From the NCBI RefSeq assembly GCF_014280175.1, contig NZ_CP047931.1:960001-992000 (forward strand): a DNA stretch of 32,000 nucleotides, given 5' to 3'. Below the pieces are notes generated by a model. The model saw only the letters and a program-made list of their open reading frames with translations. It did no database searches and was not told the origin of the DNA. The stretch is from Synechococcus sp. A15-28 (GTDB lineage: Bacteria; Cyanobacteriota; Cyanobacteriia; PCC-6307; Cyanobiaceae). The translations under genes and the position numbers were made by a program. This document shows positions 5,794-14,040 of the stretch, in pieces. Position 1 is the first letter of the stretch; each line of letters begins with the position of its first letter.

Positions 5794-5840
5794 GCTGTGG
5801 CCATAACTGTGGCCATAACTGTGGCCATTATGTGCCCATT
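5793..5840. repeat. 12-bp tandem repeat, three near-perfect units plus one degenerate unit, overlapping the ORF start
   Basis: The units are agctgtggccat (5793-5804), aactgtggccat (5805-5816), aactgtggccat (5817-5828) and the degenerate tatgtgcccatt (5829-5840). On the minus strand the unit reads ATGGCCACAGTT. Confidence 0.9.
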
Positions 5841-5943
5841 GGACTGCTTTGCAACGCTCTATAAGGCTGAGAACACCCTTGTGAACTCAGTCGTGGCGGG
5901 AATCTCCCTTGGTTGCTGTGGCTTGCATTAGGAGCGCCGTTCC

Positions 5944-6126
5944 ATGGCCTGGGGGGCATGGTCAGTGGACCCCGCCAAGCTTCGGCGGCTTGGGCGTGCC
6001 TTCAATTGCTGGCGCGCGGAGCATCCCGAGCAGGGGGATTGGCTGCTGCAGCTTGCCGTCGCCGTGGTGCCGTTGCCGCCGGCCCGTGGTGCCGTGCGCT
6101 GGTTCGGACTGGATCAGCTGTGCTGA
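5944..6126 (+). CDS. hypothetical small protein (60 aa) in a GC-rich patch
   Basis: Several frames on both strands are open across 5909-6209. This frame has the most host-like GC3-rich codon usage (GCC, GAC, CCC, AAG, CTG, GTG). Translation: MAWGAWSVDPAKLRRLGRAFNCWRAEHPEQGDWLLQL... Confidence 0.35.
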   Translation: MAWGAWSVDPAKLRRLGRAFNCWRAEHPEQGDWLLQLAVAVVPLPPARGAVRWFGLDQLC

Positions 6127-6172
6127 TGCGCAGGTGTTCCTCACCCTTTGGCGTGCGGTCCGGACTCCTTGA

Positions 6173-6451
6173 TCAAGCCAGCCATCGGGTGATCACCGTG
6201 CCGTCGTAAACGTGGCCTGAAGCTTCAACAACTGGCTTCGTTTGGGGATTCGTGAAGATGTCGTAAAGAACATTTTCGGGGCCTTGAAACATCACTGTTG
6301 CCCGTGTGGGATCGCCCTTACAGACTCCGATGTAAAAGGTTTGAACTCCCATCTCTGCGAACATCGCTTGCTGCTCGGGAGCATTCATCCAGGCACGGTA
6401 TTCGTCAAAGGTGTTGCTGATCTTGAAATCCAGAACAGTGGTTTCCGTCAT
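6173..6451 (-). CDS. small cyanobacterial protein, DUF3764-like (92 aa)
   Basis: Track ORF with an ATG start. MTETTVLDFKISNTFDEYRAWMNAPEQQAMFAEMGVQTFYIGVCKGDPTRATVMFQGPE resembles small picocyanobacterial island proteins. The family name is from memory and unverified. Confidence 0.55.
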   Translation of the reverse strand: MTETTVLDFKISNTFDEYRAWMNAPEQQAMFAEMGVQTFYIGVCKGDPTRATVMFQGPENVLYDIFTNPQTKPVVEASGHVYDGTVITRWLA

Positions 6452-6462
6452 GACTGATCAAA

Positions 6463-6573
6463 TCAGATAATTTCCTTCCGGCCTGCTTTGATCTGATCTC
6501 GGGCGGAGACCAGTCCTACAACAAGCAGGACCAGCAGTCCGGCATTGATGCTGATGAAGAACATCGTGTCCAT
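6463..6573 (-). CDS. 36-aa single-TM peptide candidate
   Basis: Hand translation: MDTMFFISINAGLLVLLVVGLVSARDQIKAGRKEII, with TGA at 6463-6465. It ends 11 nt upstream of the ATG of the DUF3764-like gene on the same strand. Confidence 0.3.
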   Translation of the reverse strand: MDTMFFISINAGLLVLLVVGLVSARDQIKAGRKEII

Positions 6574-6755
6574 GACTGTGAAGCGGTTCGTCCCTTGATA
6601 AGGAGATGCGGCAAGACAGCCCATCCGTCAGAAGACTCATTTAGTTAGGGGAGAGCGCTGCCCTGTTCGATCCCTCAGTTGAGGGAGGTGGTCTGTGTTG
6701 CGACACGCTGGTGTGAGATCGACCGTTCGCTGTGGGCAACCACGAGCGTTAATCC

Positions 6756-7661
6756 ATGGGGTTTCAAGGTCACCAGGCCCGCAAACGCTTCGGTCAACAC
6801 TGGCTGAAGGACCAGATGGTGCTCGATCGCATCGTGGCGGCGGCTGACCTGCAGTCGTCGGATCGCGTTCTTGAGGTGGGACCGGGGCGCGGTGCTCTCA
6901 CCGAGCTACTGCTGGCCTCCCCGGCTGCTGCCGTCCATGCCGTGGAACTGGATCGCGATCTGGTGGATGGCCTGCGGGATCGCTTTGGCGGAGATCCGCG
7001 CTTCAGCCTGTGTCAGGGGGATGTGCTGGAGCTGCCGCTGCAGCTGGAGGACGGCGTTGCGGCAAAAGTGGTGGCCAACATCCCTTACAACATCACAGGC
7101 CCGCTGCTGGATCGGCTGGTGGGGCGCCTCGATCGACCTGTGGATCCGCCCTACCAGCGTCTGGTGCTCTTGGTGCAAAAAGAAGTGGCTGAGCGGATCA
7201 GGGCCCGTCCCGGTCACAGCAGCTTCAGTGCCCTGAGCGTGCGGATGCAGTTGATGGCCCGGTGCACGACGGTCTGTCCTGTCCCTCCCCGCTGCTTTCA
7301 GCCACCTCCGAAGGTTCAGTCGGAGGTGATTCAGATCGACCCTCTGCCGTCGGCTCAGCGCCTGTCGCCTGCGTTGGCCCGACGGGTGGAGTCGTTGCTC
7401 AAGCAGGCCTTTCTGGCCCGCCGGAAGATGTTGCGCAACACCCTGGCATCGCTGGCTCCGGAGCCACAGCTGCAGGAGCTGGCCGCCGCTGCGGGGTTCC
7501 ACCTTCAACAACGGCCGCAGGAGTTGGCTCCGCAGACCTGGGTGGCTCTGGCCAGGGGTTTGAATCAGGGCACTGATGCGGCCTCAGCCGATGGGCACGA
7601 TCACGGTGACGGCACCGGCCAAGGTGAATCTTCATCTGGAGGTGCTGGGGGTCAGGCCTGA
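6756..7661 (+). CDS. rsmA: 16S rRNA (adenine1518/1519-N6)-dimethyltransferase RsmA/KsgA
   Basis: Shows GQHWLKD, the SAM motif [12 protein letters not shown], and [11 protein letters not shown]. The Gly/Asp/Ser-rich C-terminal tail runs into ispE. Confidence 0.9.
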   Translation: MGFQGHQARKRFGQHWLKDQMVLDRIVAAADLQSSDRVLEVGPGRGALTELLLASPAAAVHAVELDRDLVDGLRDRFGGDPRFSLCQGDVLELPLQLEDGVAAKVVANIPYNITGPLLDRLVGRLDRPVDPPYQRLVLLVQKEVAERIRARPGHSSFSALSVRMQLMARCTTVCPVPPRCFQPPPKVQSEVIQIDPLPSAQRLSPALARRVESLLKQAFLARRKMLRNTLASLAPEPQLQELAAAAGFHLQQRPQELAPQTWVALARGLNQGTDAASADGHDHGDGTGQGESSSGGAGGQA

Positions 7662-8520
7662 CGGCTTTCACGAGCTGGCGATGGTGATGCAGAGCATCGA
7701 CCTCGCTGATCGCCTCAGCTTTCGAACGACGGCCGATGCTGAACTGACCCTCAGCTGTGACGATCCGAGTCTCAGCCTCGCGGACGACAACCTGGTGATC
7801 AAAGCGGCCCAGTTGCTGCGTCGTCGCTCCGGTTTGAGTGAACTGGGTGCCGCCATTCATCTGGAGAAACGCATCCCCATCGGTGCCGGGCTGGCCGGAG
7901 GTTCAAGCGACGGTGCTGCTGCCCTGGTGGGACTCAATGCCCTCTGGGGTCTGGGCCACAGCTCGGCAGACCTGGAGCGGCTTGCGGCCGAACTCGGTTC
8001 CGACATGCCGTTCTGCGTGGCGGGGGGCAGTCAGCTCTGTTTTGGTCGCGGCGAGCTGCTGGAGCCACTGCCTGCTGTGCAGGACCCCCTGGCAGTGCTC
8101 CTGGTGAAAGATCCAGACGTGAGCGTGTCGACTCCCTGGGCCTATCGCCGCTGCCGGGAGTTGCAGGGGGATCGCTATCTGCAGGGAGAAGACTCCTTCG
8201 AGCAACGTCGCCAGGTGTTGCGGGGGATGGCCTGGACCCAACCGATCCGTGCTGCGGAGCCGCCACCGCTGCGCAATGACCTGCAGTCGGTGGTGGCCCC
8301 TGAGACGCCCGCGGTTCAGGCTGCGCTTCGCCTGCTCTCCTCGCTTGAAGGCACCCTTGCCGTGGCCATGAGTGGATCCGGCCCCAGTTGTTTTGCGCTG
8401 TTTGCTGATCCAGCCAGCTGCGCGGCAGCCCAGACCAAACTGGATCATCAACTGGCTGCAGAGGGATTGCGAAGCTGGTGCTGCCCCTTGCAACCGCACG
8501 GCGTCAGGATCGAAGCATGA
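7576..8520 (+). CDS. ispE: 4-diphosphocytidyl-2-C-methyl-D-erythritol kinase IspE
   Basis: N-terminal [17 protein letters not shown] and the GHMP kinase motif [17 protein letters not shown]. There is an alternative ATG at 7591. Confidence 0.9.
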   Translation: MRPQPMGTITVTAPAKVNLHLEVLGVRPDGFHELAMVMQSIDLADRLSFRTTADAELTLSCDDPSLSLADDNLVIKAAQLLRRRSGLSELGAAIHLEKRIPIGAGLAGGSSDGAAALVGLNALWGLGHSSADLERLAAELGSDMPFCVAGGSQLCFGRGELLEPLPAVQDPLAVLLVKDPDVSVSTPWAYRRCRELQGDRYLQGEDSFEQRRQVLRGMAWTQPIRAAEPPPLRNDLQSVVAPETPAVQAALRLLSSLEGTLAVAMSGSGPSCFALFADPASCAAAQTKLDHQLAAEGLRSWCCPLQPHGVRIEA

Positions 8521-8834
8521 GCTCCTCCGACCCCAAGTCAACGCCAGCAGCGGAAGTACCTCGCAAGGGACCCCTGAGTTTTTTCTCCGGTGCCGTGACC
8601 GCGGGGGTCCTGGCCTGGCTGGCGCTGGGGCTCAGCCGGCGGATGGTGGTTTACTTCGCGGTCCATCCGCCCCACTACAGCTCCCCGATCGCCCAGAACA
8701 TCGCGGTGACCCTGAAGACGCTGCTGGTGGGGCTGTCGTTTCTGGCCACCTTCAGCACAGGCTTTGTGGCGCTAGGGCTCACGCTGGTGTTTCTTCGCAG
8801 TGTCTTCACAGGTCCCTCGAACGACCCTGCCTAG
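8517..8834 (+). CDS. conserved small membrane protein (DUF3082-like, 105 aa)
   Basis: Its ATG at 8517 overlaps the ispE stop (ATGA at 8517-8520). Two predicted TM segments ([18 protein letters not shown] and [25 protein letters not shown]). The family name is from memory. Confidence 0.6.
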   Translation: MSSSDPKSTPAAEVPRKGPLSFFSGAVTAGVLAWLALGLSRRMVVYFAVHPPHYSSPIAQNIAVTLKTLLVGLSFLATFSTGFVALGLTLVFLRSVFTGPSNDPA

Positions 8835-8858
8835 CGTCGATTTGGCAGATCTCTGTTG

Positions 8859-8954
8859 ATGACTCCCCACGACCTCGGGCAGCTGGCGCTTCTGCTCTCT
8901 CCGGCGATGCTTCTGTCCGTGCTGTTGCTGTTCACCTTCGCCGCCGGCGGGTAA
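8859..8954 (+). CDS. 31-aa hydrophobic peptide candidate
   Basis: Hand translation: MTPHDLGQLALLLSPAMLLSVLLLFTFAAGG, with TAA at 8952-8954. It lies in the gap between the membrane protein gene and pdhB. In high-GC DNA this could be a chance ORF. Confidence 0.25.
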   Translation: MTPHDLGQLALLLSPAMLLSVLLLFTFAAGG

Positions 8955-9016
8955 CGCTGCCCTGGCTGAGATAGCTTGGCCGCTCACCCCGGATTGGCCG
9001 GGATCGCAGCGACGCC

Positions 9017-10000
9017 GTGGCAGGAACCCTTCTCTTCAACGCCCTGCGGGAAGCCATCGACGAGGAGATGGCCCGCGACCCTTACGTCTGTGTGATGGGT
9101 GAGGACGTCGGTCACTACGGCGGCAGCTACAAGGTCACCAAGGATCTCTGCGAGAAGTACGGCGATCTGCGGGTGTTGGACACCCCGATTGCCGAGAACG
9201 GCTTCACCGGCATGGCAGTCGGAGCGGCCATGACCGGCCTGCGGCCGATCGTTGAGGGGATGAACATGGGTTTCCTGCTGCTCGCCTTCAACCAGATCTC
9301 CAACAATATGGGGATGTTGCGCTATACCAGCGGCGGCAACTTCACGATTCCCACGGTGGTGCGCGGTCCCGGGGGAGTCGGCCGGCAGCTTGGGGCTGAG
9401 CACAGCCAGCGCCTTGAGGCCTATTTCCATGCTGTTCCCGGCATCAAGATCGTGGCCTGCAGCACGCCGACCAACGCCAAGGGGCTGATGAAGGCGGCGA
9501 TCCGAGACAACAACCCGGTGTTGTTCTTCGAGCATGTGCTGCTCTACAACCTCAGCGAGGAACTGCCGGAGGGTGAGTTCACCTGCGCGCTCGATCAGGC
9601 GGATCTGGTGCAGGAAGGCAGCGATGTCACGATCCTCACCTACTCCCGCATGCGTCACCACTGCCTCAAGGCCGTGGAACAGCTGGAGGCTTTCGGCATC
9701 AGTGTCGAGTTGATCGACCTGATCAGTCTCAAGCCCTTCGATATGGAGACCATCGGGCGATCCATCCGCAAGACCCACCGCGTGATCGTGGTGGAGGAAT
9801 GCATGAAGACCGGCGGCATCGGTGCTGAGTTGATCGCTCTGATCACGGAGCAATGCTTCGACGATCTCGATGCCCGACCTGTGCGGCTCTCCAGTCAGGA
9901 CATTCCCACCCCTTACAACGGCTCCCTGGAGAATCTGACGATCATCCAGCCCCATCAGATCGTGGAAGCCGCCCAGCAGATGGTGCGTCAAGGGGTTTGA
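9017..10000 (+). CDS. pdhB: pyruvate dehydrogenase E1 component beta subunit
   Basis: GTG start. [39 protein letters not shown] and the rest are typical of transketolase-like E1 beta subunits. Confidence 0.92.
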   Translation: MAGTLLFNALREAIDEEMARDPYVCVMGEDVGHYGGSYKVTKDLCEKYGDLRVLDTPIAENGFTGMAVGAAMTGLRPIVEGMNMGFLLLAFNQISNNMGMLRYTSGGNFTIPTVVRGPGGVGRQLGAEHSQRLEAYFHAVPGIKIVACSTPTNAKGLMKAAIRDNNPVLFFEHVLLYNLSEELPEGEFTCALDQADLVQEGSDVTILTYSRMRHHCLKAVEQLEAFGISVELIDLISLKPFDMETIGRSIRKTHRVIVVEECMKTGGIGAELIALITEQCFDDLDARPVRLSSQDIPTPYNGSLENLTIIQPHQIVEAAQQMVRQGV

Positions 10001-10004
10001 GTTG

Positions 10005-11486
10005 ATGGCGCGTTATCAGGGCTGGTTCGCCTTTGTTCTCGCCCTGGCCATTGCGTCAGGGATGTTTCTGGTCCGCACTCCGCTCCAGCTTGGGCTGGAT
10101 CTGCGCGGCGGCAGTCAGTTGACGGTGCAGGTTCAACCGGCAGGGGACGTCAAGGTGGTGGGCGATCGCGAAATGGAAGCCGTCAAGGCGGTGCTGGATC
10201 GTCGTGTGAATGGCCTGGGGGTGGCGGAATCCACGCTCCAGACCGTCGGTACCGACCAGCTGGTGTTGCAACTTCCTGGTGAACAGGACCCCACAGCCGC
10301 GGCCCGGGTTCTTGGTGACACGGCTCTGCTGGAGTTCCGCGCCCAGCGGGAGAGCACCGAATCTGAATTTCGCAGCTTGCGTCAGCTCCAGTCCCAGGCC
10401 GGAGCCATCCTTCAACTGCGCAAGGACCAACGCCGGCGCGGCGAGACACCGGATGAGCTCAACCTGGAGGATCTGAAGGATGTGCAGTCGTCCTTGGGCT
10501 TGAAGGCCGAAGGTGGCAGCGACGATGAGCTGCTTCAGGCGCTGCTGGATCAGGTGGACGATGAACTCCTCACCCTGTTGGACCCGGCGGCGCTGACGGG
10601 AAAACAACTGGTGACGGCGGGTCGACAGCCCTTGCAGAACAACCCCAACAGCTGGGAGGTGACGCTGAATTTCGATGCTGAGGGCGCGGAAGCCTTTGCC
10701 GATCTGACCAAGTCGATCGCCGGTTCCGAGCGGCTGCTGGCCATCACGTTGGACAACAAGCTGATCAGTGCGGCCAGCGTGGGACCACAGTTCAAAAGCG
10801 CTGGAATTTCTGGCGGTGCAGCCACCATCAGCGGCAACTTTGATGCTGAAACTGCCCGGGAACTGGAGGTGAAACTGCGCGGCGGTTCTCTTCCGCTTCC
10901 GGTTGAAGTGGTGGAGGTGCGCACGATCGGGCCGACGCTCGGTGCCGAGAACATTCGCCGGAGCCTGATGGCTGCATTGTCTGGCCTCGCCCTGGTGGCG
11001 GTGTTCATGGTGGTGGCTTATCGGTTGCCAGGTGTCGTGGCCGTAGCGGCCCTGAGCCTGTATGCCCTGTTCAATCTCTCGGTCTATGCCCTGATTCCAG
11101 TGACGCTCACCCTGCCTGGGATTGCTGGATTCATCCTCTCCATCGGTATGGCGGTGGATGCCAACGTGCTGATCTTCGAGCGAATCAAGGATGAGTTACG
11201 GGGCGGCAACACCCTGATCCGTTCGATCGACACCGGTTTTTCGGAGGCCTTCAGTTCGATTCTCGATGGTCACCTCACCACGCTGATCAGTTGCGCGGCT
11301 CTGTTTTTTCTCGGCACCGGCCTGGTGAAGGGGTTTGCGGCAACCCTTGGCATCGGTGTGCTTTTGAGTCTGTTCACAGCCCTCACCTGTACCCGCACCC
11401 TGCTGCGTTTCCTGATGGGCTACGCCGGCCTGCGCCGTCCCACCTATTTCATTGCTCAGGGACAACGTCCCACCACGACTGCCTGA
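10005..11486 (+). CDS. secD: protein translocase subunit SecD
   Basis: ATG at 10005 (the track starts at TTG 10002). Shows GLDLRGGSQL and the C-terminal 6-TM SecDF domain (GIAGFILSIGMAVDANVLIFERIKDE). Confidence 0.92.
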   Translation: MARYQGWFAFVLALAIASGMFLVRTPLQLGLDLRGGSQLTVQVQPAGDVKVVGDREMEAVKAVLDRRVNGLGVAESTLQTVGTDQLVLQLPGEQDPTAAARVLGDTALLEFRAQRESTESEFRSLRQLQSQAGAILQLRKDQRRRGETPDELNLEDLKDVQSSLGLKAEGGSDDELLQALLDQVDDELLTLLDPAALTGKQLVTAGRQPLQNNPNSWEVTLNFDAEGAEAFADLTKSIAGSERLLAITLDNKLISAASVGPQFKSAGISGGAATISGNFDAETARELEVKLRGGSLPLPVEVVEVRTIGPTLGAENIRRSLMAALSGLALVAVFMVVAYRLPGVVAVAALSLYALFNLSVYALIPVTLTLPGIAGFILSIGMAVDANVLIFERIKDELRGGNTLIRSIDTGFSEAFSSILDGHLTTLISCAALFFLGTGLVKGFAATLGIGVLLSLFTALTCTRTLLRFLMGYAGLRRPTYFIAQGQRPTTTA

Positions 11487-11489
11487 TCG

Positions 11490-12467
11490 ATGGCCGCTTC
11501 CCCCAACACCACATTGGTTCTGCGCCTGCCCCTGAGCTCATCTCGACGTCGTGTCTGGCTGGTCTCGGGTCTCACTGTGCTGGTGGCTCTGGTCGGACTG
11601 ATCAGTTGCTGGCTGAATCCAGGCATCGCAGCACCCCTGCGACCGGGGCTCGATTTCACCGGGGGAACGCAGATCCAGTTGGAGCGCGACTGCGGTGAAA
11701 GCTGCCGCGACCTGAAGTCCATTGCCGTCTCTGCCCCTGTTCAATCCCTGCTCTTGCCGGCTGAGAAGGAGGACTCCGTTCCCAACCTCCGTTCGGCGCG
11801 GGTGCAGTTGCTTGACGGAGGCCAGTCGCTGGTGCTGCGTGTGCCCACGCTGACGGCTGCCCAGGGTCAGGCTCTGATTGCTGCGGTTGAACCCATTGCC
11901 GGTCCGTTTGTCGCAGGGGGACAGTCGGTCGACACCATCGGTCCGAGTCTGGGGCGTCAATTGCTGCGCAGCACGCTGATCTCCCTGGTGGTGGCTTTTG
12001 GTGGAATTGCCCTGTACATCTCCTTTCGCTACGACGGCCGTTATGCCTTTCTGGCGCTCGTGGCTCTGGCCCATGACGTCGTGATCGTCTGTGGGGTCTT
12101 CGCCTGGTTGGGTTTGTTGATGCAACTGGAAGTGGACAGCCTCTTCGCCGTGGCTCTGCTGACGATCGCCGGCTATTCCGTGAATGACACCGTTGTGGTG
12201 TTCGATCGGATCCGGGAGCGTTCCCGTGATGGTGCGGACCTGAGACTCTCGGAGCAGGTGGATCAAGCGGTGTCCGCAACCCTCACCCGCACGCTTTACA
12301 CCAGTGGCACCACTTTGCTGCCCCTTTTGGCCTTGATCTTCTTCGGCGGAGCAACCCTTTACTGGTTCGCCATTGCTCTGGCGTTGGGGGTGGTGGTGGG
12401 CAGCTGGTCCAGCATTGCCCTGGCACCTTCGTTGCTCACGTTGTGGGAACCCCGTGCTGAATCCTGA
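11490..12467 (+). CDS. secF: protein translocase subunit SecF
   Basis: Starts 3 nt after the secD stop. Shows GLDFTGGTQ and IAGYSVNDTVVVFDRIRE. Confidence 0.92.
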   Translation: MAASPNTTLVLRLPLSSSRRRVWLVSGLTVLVALVGLISCWLNPGIAAPLRPGLDFTGGTQIQLERDCGESCRDLKSIAVSAPVQSLLLPAEKEDSVPNLRSARVQLLDGGQSLVLRVPTLTAAQGQALIAAVEPIAGPFVAGGQSVDTIGPSLGRQLLRSTLISLVVAFGGIALYISFRYDGRYAFLALVALAHDVVIVCGVFAWLGLLMQLEVDSLFAVALLTIAGYSVNDTVVVFDRIRERSRDGADLRLSEQVDQAVSATLTRTLYTSGTTLLPLLALIFFGGATLYWFAIALALGVVVGSWSSIALAPSLLTLWEPRAES

Positions 12468-12672
12468 TCGCCACCAATCCTCGGCGGCACAGCGGTCGGC
12501 ACGATGGTGGCCTTTGTTGCTGGTGCTGCTGGCGTTGGGGGATCTGAGGACGGAAATTTTGCTCCTGCTTGACCACTTCACGCTGACCAGCGCTCTTTAT
12601 GCCCTGAGTCATCACGCCCTGGCTGTGGCCGTGCTGATCGGTGCACCCTCGCTCTGGCGCCGCTACGCCTGA
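12454..12672 (+). CDS. small two-TM membrane protein candidate (72 aa)
   Basis: Lies within track ORF 12373..12672. A GTG at 12454 overlaps the secF end by 14 nt. Host-like codon usage, with TM segments WWPLLLVLLALG and ALAVAVLIGAPSLW. Confidence 0.4.
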   Translation: MLNPDRHQSSAAQRSARWWPLLLVLLALGDLRTEILLLLDHFTLTSALYALSHHALAVAVLIGAPSLWRRYA

Positions 12673-13058
12673 GAGGGGCGGGCACCGAATTCACTCCAGA
12701 TGGACGACCAGATCCGCCGTTTGATGTCGTCGTTCCAATGACCGCCGGAGGCATTGGATGCCCACCACGAATCGAACAGCTCCTCCGCTTCCTCGTAAAG
12801 CAACTCTGGATCAAGGTTCTCTCGAACCAGTTGCAGCACCGCCTGTCTCAGCTCCTCGTAGCGGCTGAAATTGAAGATCACATCCACGGCAAGTTGTCCG
12901 GGCAGACACCGTCCACCGTATGGGATCACTCGGAAGACCAAATAGCGCGATAAACCGTCGGATTCGGTTAGCGTCTCAATCTCTATCTTGCCTGACGCAT
13001 GTTGAAAGCTCTGGTCTCGATGTTGTTTGCAGCCGTGCTGTGGGTTCAGGTTCCTCAA
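12663..13058 (-). CDS. hypothetical protein (up to 131 aa; start uncertain)
   Basis: Track ORF. The first ~20 codons overlap the divergent 86-aa ORF and look non-coding, so an internal TTG or GTG start is possible. The C-terminal part is acidic and Trp-rich (LDPELLYEEAEELFDSWWASNASGGHWNDDIKRRIWSSIWSEF). Confidence 0.4.
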   Translation of the reverse strand: MRNLNPQHGCKQHRDQSFQHASGKIEIETLTESDGLSRYLVFRVIPYGGRCLPGQLAVDVIFNFSRYEELRQAVLQLVRENLDPELLYEEAEELFDSWWASNASGGHWNDDIKRRIWSSIWSEFGARPSQA

Positions 13059-13259
13059 TGGGAGAACGACTGGTCAAGATGTTCTGTTGACGTTCCGGAC
13101 GTGGATTGTCATTGGTATGTGGTGGCACCAGACAACACCTTTGGTGAGGGATTCAGCTGGTCGAACGCACCGTGGTTCAGTGCTGAGGGGTTGTTGGATG
13201 TCGGCAACCTGAAGCAAACAATGGGCAACATTCACGCAACTGCTGCTGCTGATGCCTGA
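12999..13259 (+). CDS. small secreted protein candidate (86 aa)
   Basis: Track ORF with an ATG start. Hydrophobic N-terminus (MLKALVSMLFAAVLWVQVP), followed by a Trp/Asp-rich mature part. Confidence 0.4.
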   Translation: MLKALVSMLFAAVLWVQVPQWENDWSRCSVDVPDVDCHWYVVAPDNTFGEGFSWSNAPWFSAEGLLDVGNLKQTMGNIHATAAADA

Positions 13260-13275
13260 GTTCATCAACAACCAG

Positions 13276-13452
13276 TCAGGCAAATAAATCTTGCAGATCC
13301 TGTCGGCGTGCTCGACGACTCTGGGGAGAATCCAATGGTGATTCGCCCTGATGAATGACGCTCATCGAGCAGGCAAGGGCTCGAAAAGGGCTGTGAATTC
13401 CATCGTCAATCTCGCTGCCGATCGGGTAGCCATTGGACAAATGAACAGTCAT
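13276..13452 (-). CDS. small orphan protein B (58 aa), paralogue of 4760..4960
   Basis: Lies within track ORF 13276..13470 (GTG); the ATG at 13452 gives MTVHLSNGYPIGSEIDDGIHSPFRALAC, then an unrelated tail SMSVIHQGESPLDSPQSRRARRQDLQDLFA. Confidence 0.55.
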   Translation of the reverse strand: MTVHLSNGYPIGSEIDDGIHSPFRALACSMSVIHQGESPLDSPQSRRARRQDLQDLFA

Positions 13453-13519
13453 TTTGAACAATATTTCCACACATGGTCTACGGAGCTGCTGTCGAGAACT
13501 GACGACCGGTTTACCGAAC

Positions 13520-13666
13520 TCAAGTGGTCAAATGACTCAAAACAGCTCCAAGACGCATTCCTGATTTCTGATACCCAGCGATTGCCAGGGCGACCACCGA
13601 GAAATTGAGCACAAGGAAAGCGGTGATCAGCTTGAGTTCGTTTCTCATTCCCGCAATCTGATCCAT
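13520..13666 (-). CDS. 48-aa single-TM peptide candidate
   Basis: Hand translation: MDQIAGMRNELKLITAFLVLNFSVVALAIAGYQKSGMRLGAVLSHLTT, with TGA at 13520-13522. It is on the same strand as orphan protein B and 67 nt upstream of it. Confidence 0.35.
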   Translation of the reverse strand: MDQIAGMRNELKLITAFLVLNFSVVALAIAGYQKSGMRLGAVLSHLTT

Positions 13667-13791
13667 CCTTGAGGCCGGCGTGGATCAGGTCTTCATTTGG
13701 CAATCGGTCGCCTCAGCAGACCGATGTGATTCAGCCTCGCAGTGGCCGTGGAGCCGTCGTTAATGTTTTTTAACAATCCGTCTGCGCTGTC

Positions 13792-14031
13792 GTGCTTGGT
13801 GCCCTGTTCCCTCTTGCGTATGTCGTTGTTTTTGTCGGCCTGCTGCTTCAGGCCTTTCGGATGATGAGGATTTCTGCCGCATCATCGATGAAGGAGGCGA
13901 CAGATCGAACAGGGCTTCGCACGGTTCATCCTGAGTTGTTGGATGCGAAGGGCAACGTCACTGACGAGGAGCTTTGGGCTGTTCGCTTTCAGGATCTGAA
14001 CGAAAACGGCTTGGCTCCTGAAGCCAGCTGA
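13792..14031 (+). CDS. small membrane protein (79 aa), possibly DUF2973-like
   Basis: GTG start. N-terminal TM segment (LFPLAYVVVFVGLLLQAF), then a charged tail containing VHPELLDAKGNVTDEELWAVRF. The family assignment is from memory and unverified. Confidence 0.5.
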   Translation: MLGALFPLAYVVVFVGLLLQAFRMMRISAASSMKEATDRTGLRTVHPELLDAKGNVTDEELWAVRFQDLNENGLAPEAS

Positions 14032-14040
14032 CCATTGACC

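Noticed and set aside
5909-6209. Two longer plus-strand ORFs (87 and 98 aa) and a 60-aa minus-strand ORF in the GC-rich patch, plus the idea that the patch is a pseudogene fragment of a core gene.
   Set aside because: The products are Arg/Ala/Gly-rich and look like frame artefacts. Only the 5944..6126 frame has host-like codon choice, and even that is given low confidence. I could not recognise a fragment of any known gene.
6655-6700. A tRNA-like T-loop string, GTTCGATCC (6665-6673), next to a small palindrome, CCCTCA-GT-TGAGGG (6672-6685), at the island/core border. It could be a tRNA or an att remnant.
   Set aside because: The flanks of the TTCGATC loop do not pair into a T-arm, and no acceptor, D or anticodon arms can be drawn. 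No matching copy of the string occurs elsewhere in the window, so an att-repeat claim cannot be supported.
8984-9991. A 335-aa minus-strand ORF exactly opposite pdhB.
   Set aside because: This is an antisense shadow ORF typical of high-GC DNA. The plus-strand translation is an unmistakable E1 beta subunit, while the minus-strand product is low-complexity (rich in H, G, D and L) with no motifs.
11538-12581. A 347-aa minus-strand ORF and a 207-aa ORF (11656..12279) opposite secF.
   Set aside because: These are shadow ORFs; secF on the plus strand has its diagnostic motifs. The same reasoning removes 6906..7511, 7399..7860, 7903..8541, 10056..10607, 10550..11008, 14678..15418, 15604..16533, 17018..17950, 18132..18803, 20160..21413, 21899..22831, 23142..23639, 24145..24672, 24905..25958, 26032..26716, 27483..28325, 28464..29433 and 29807..31358.
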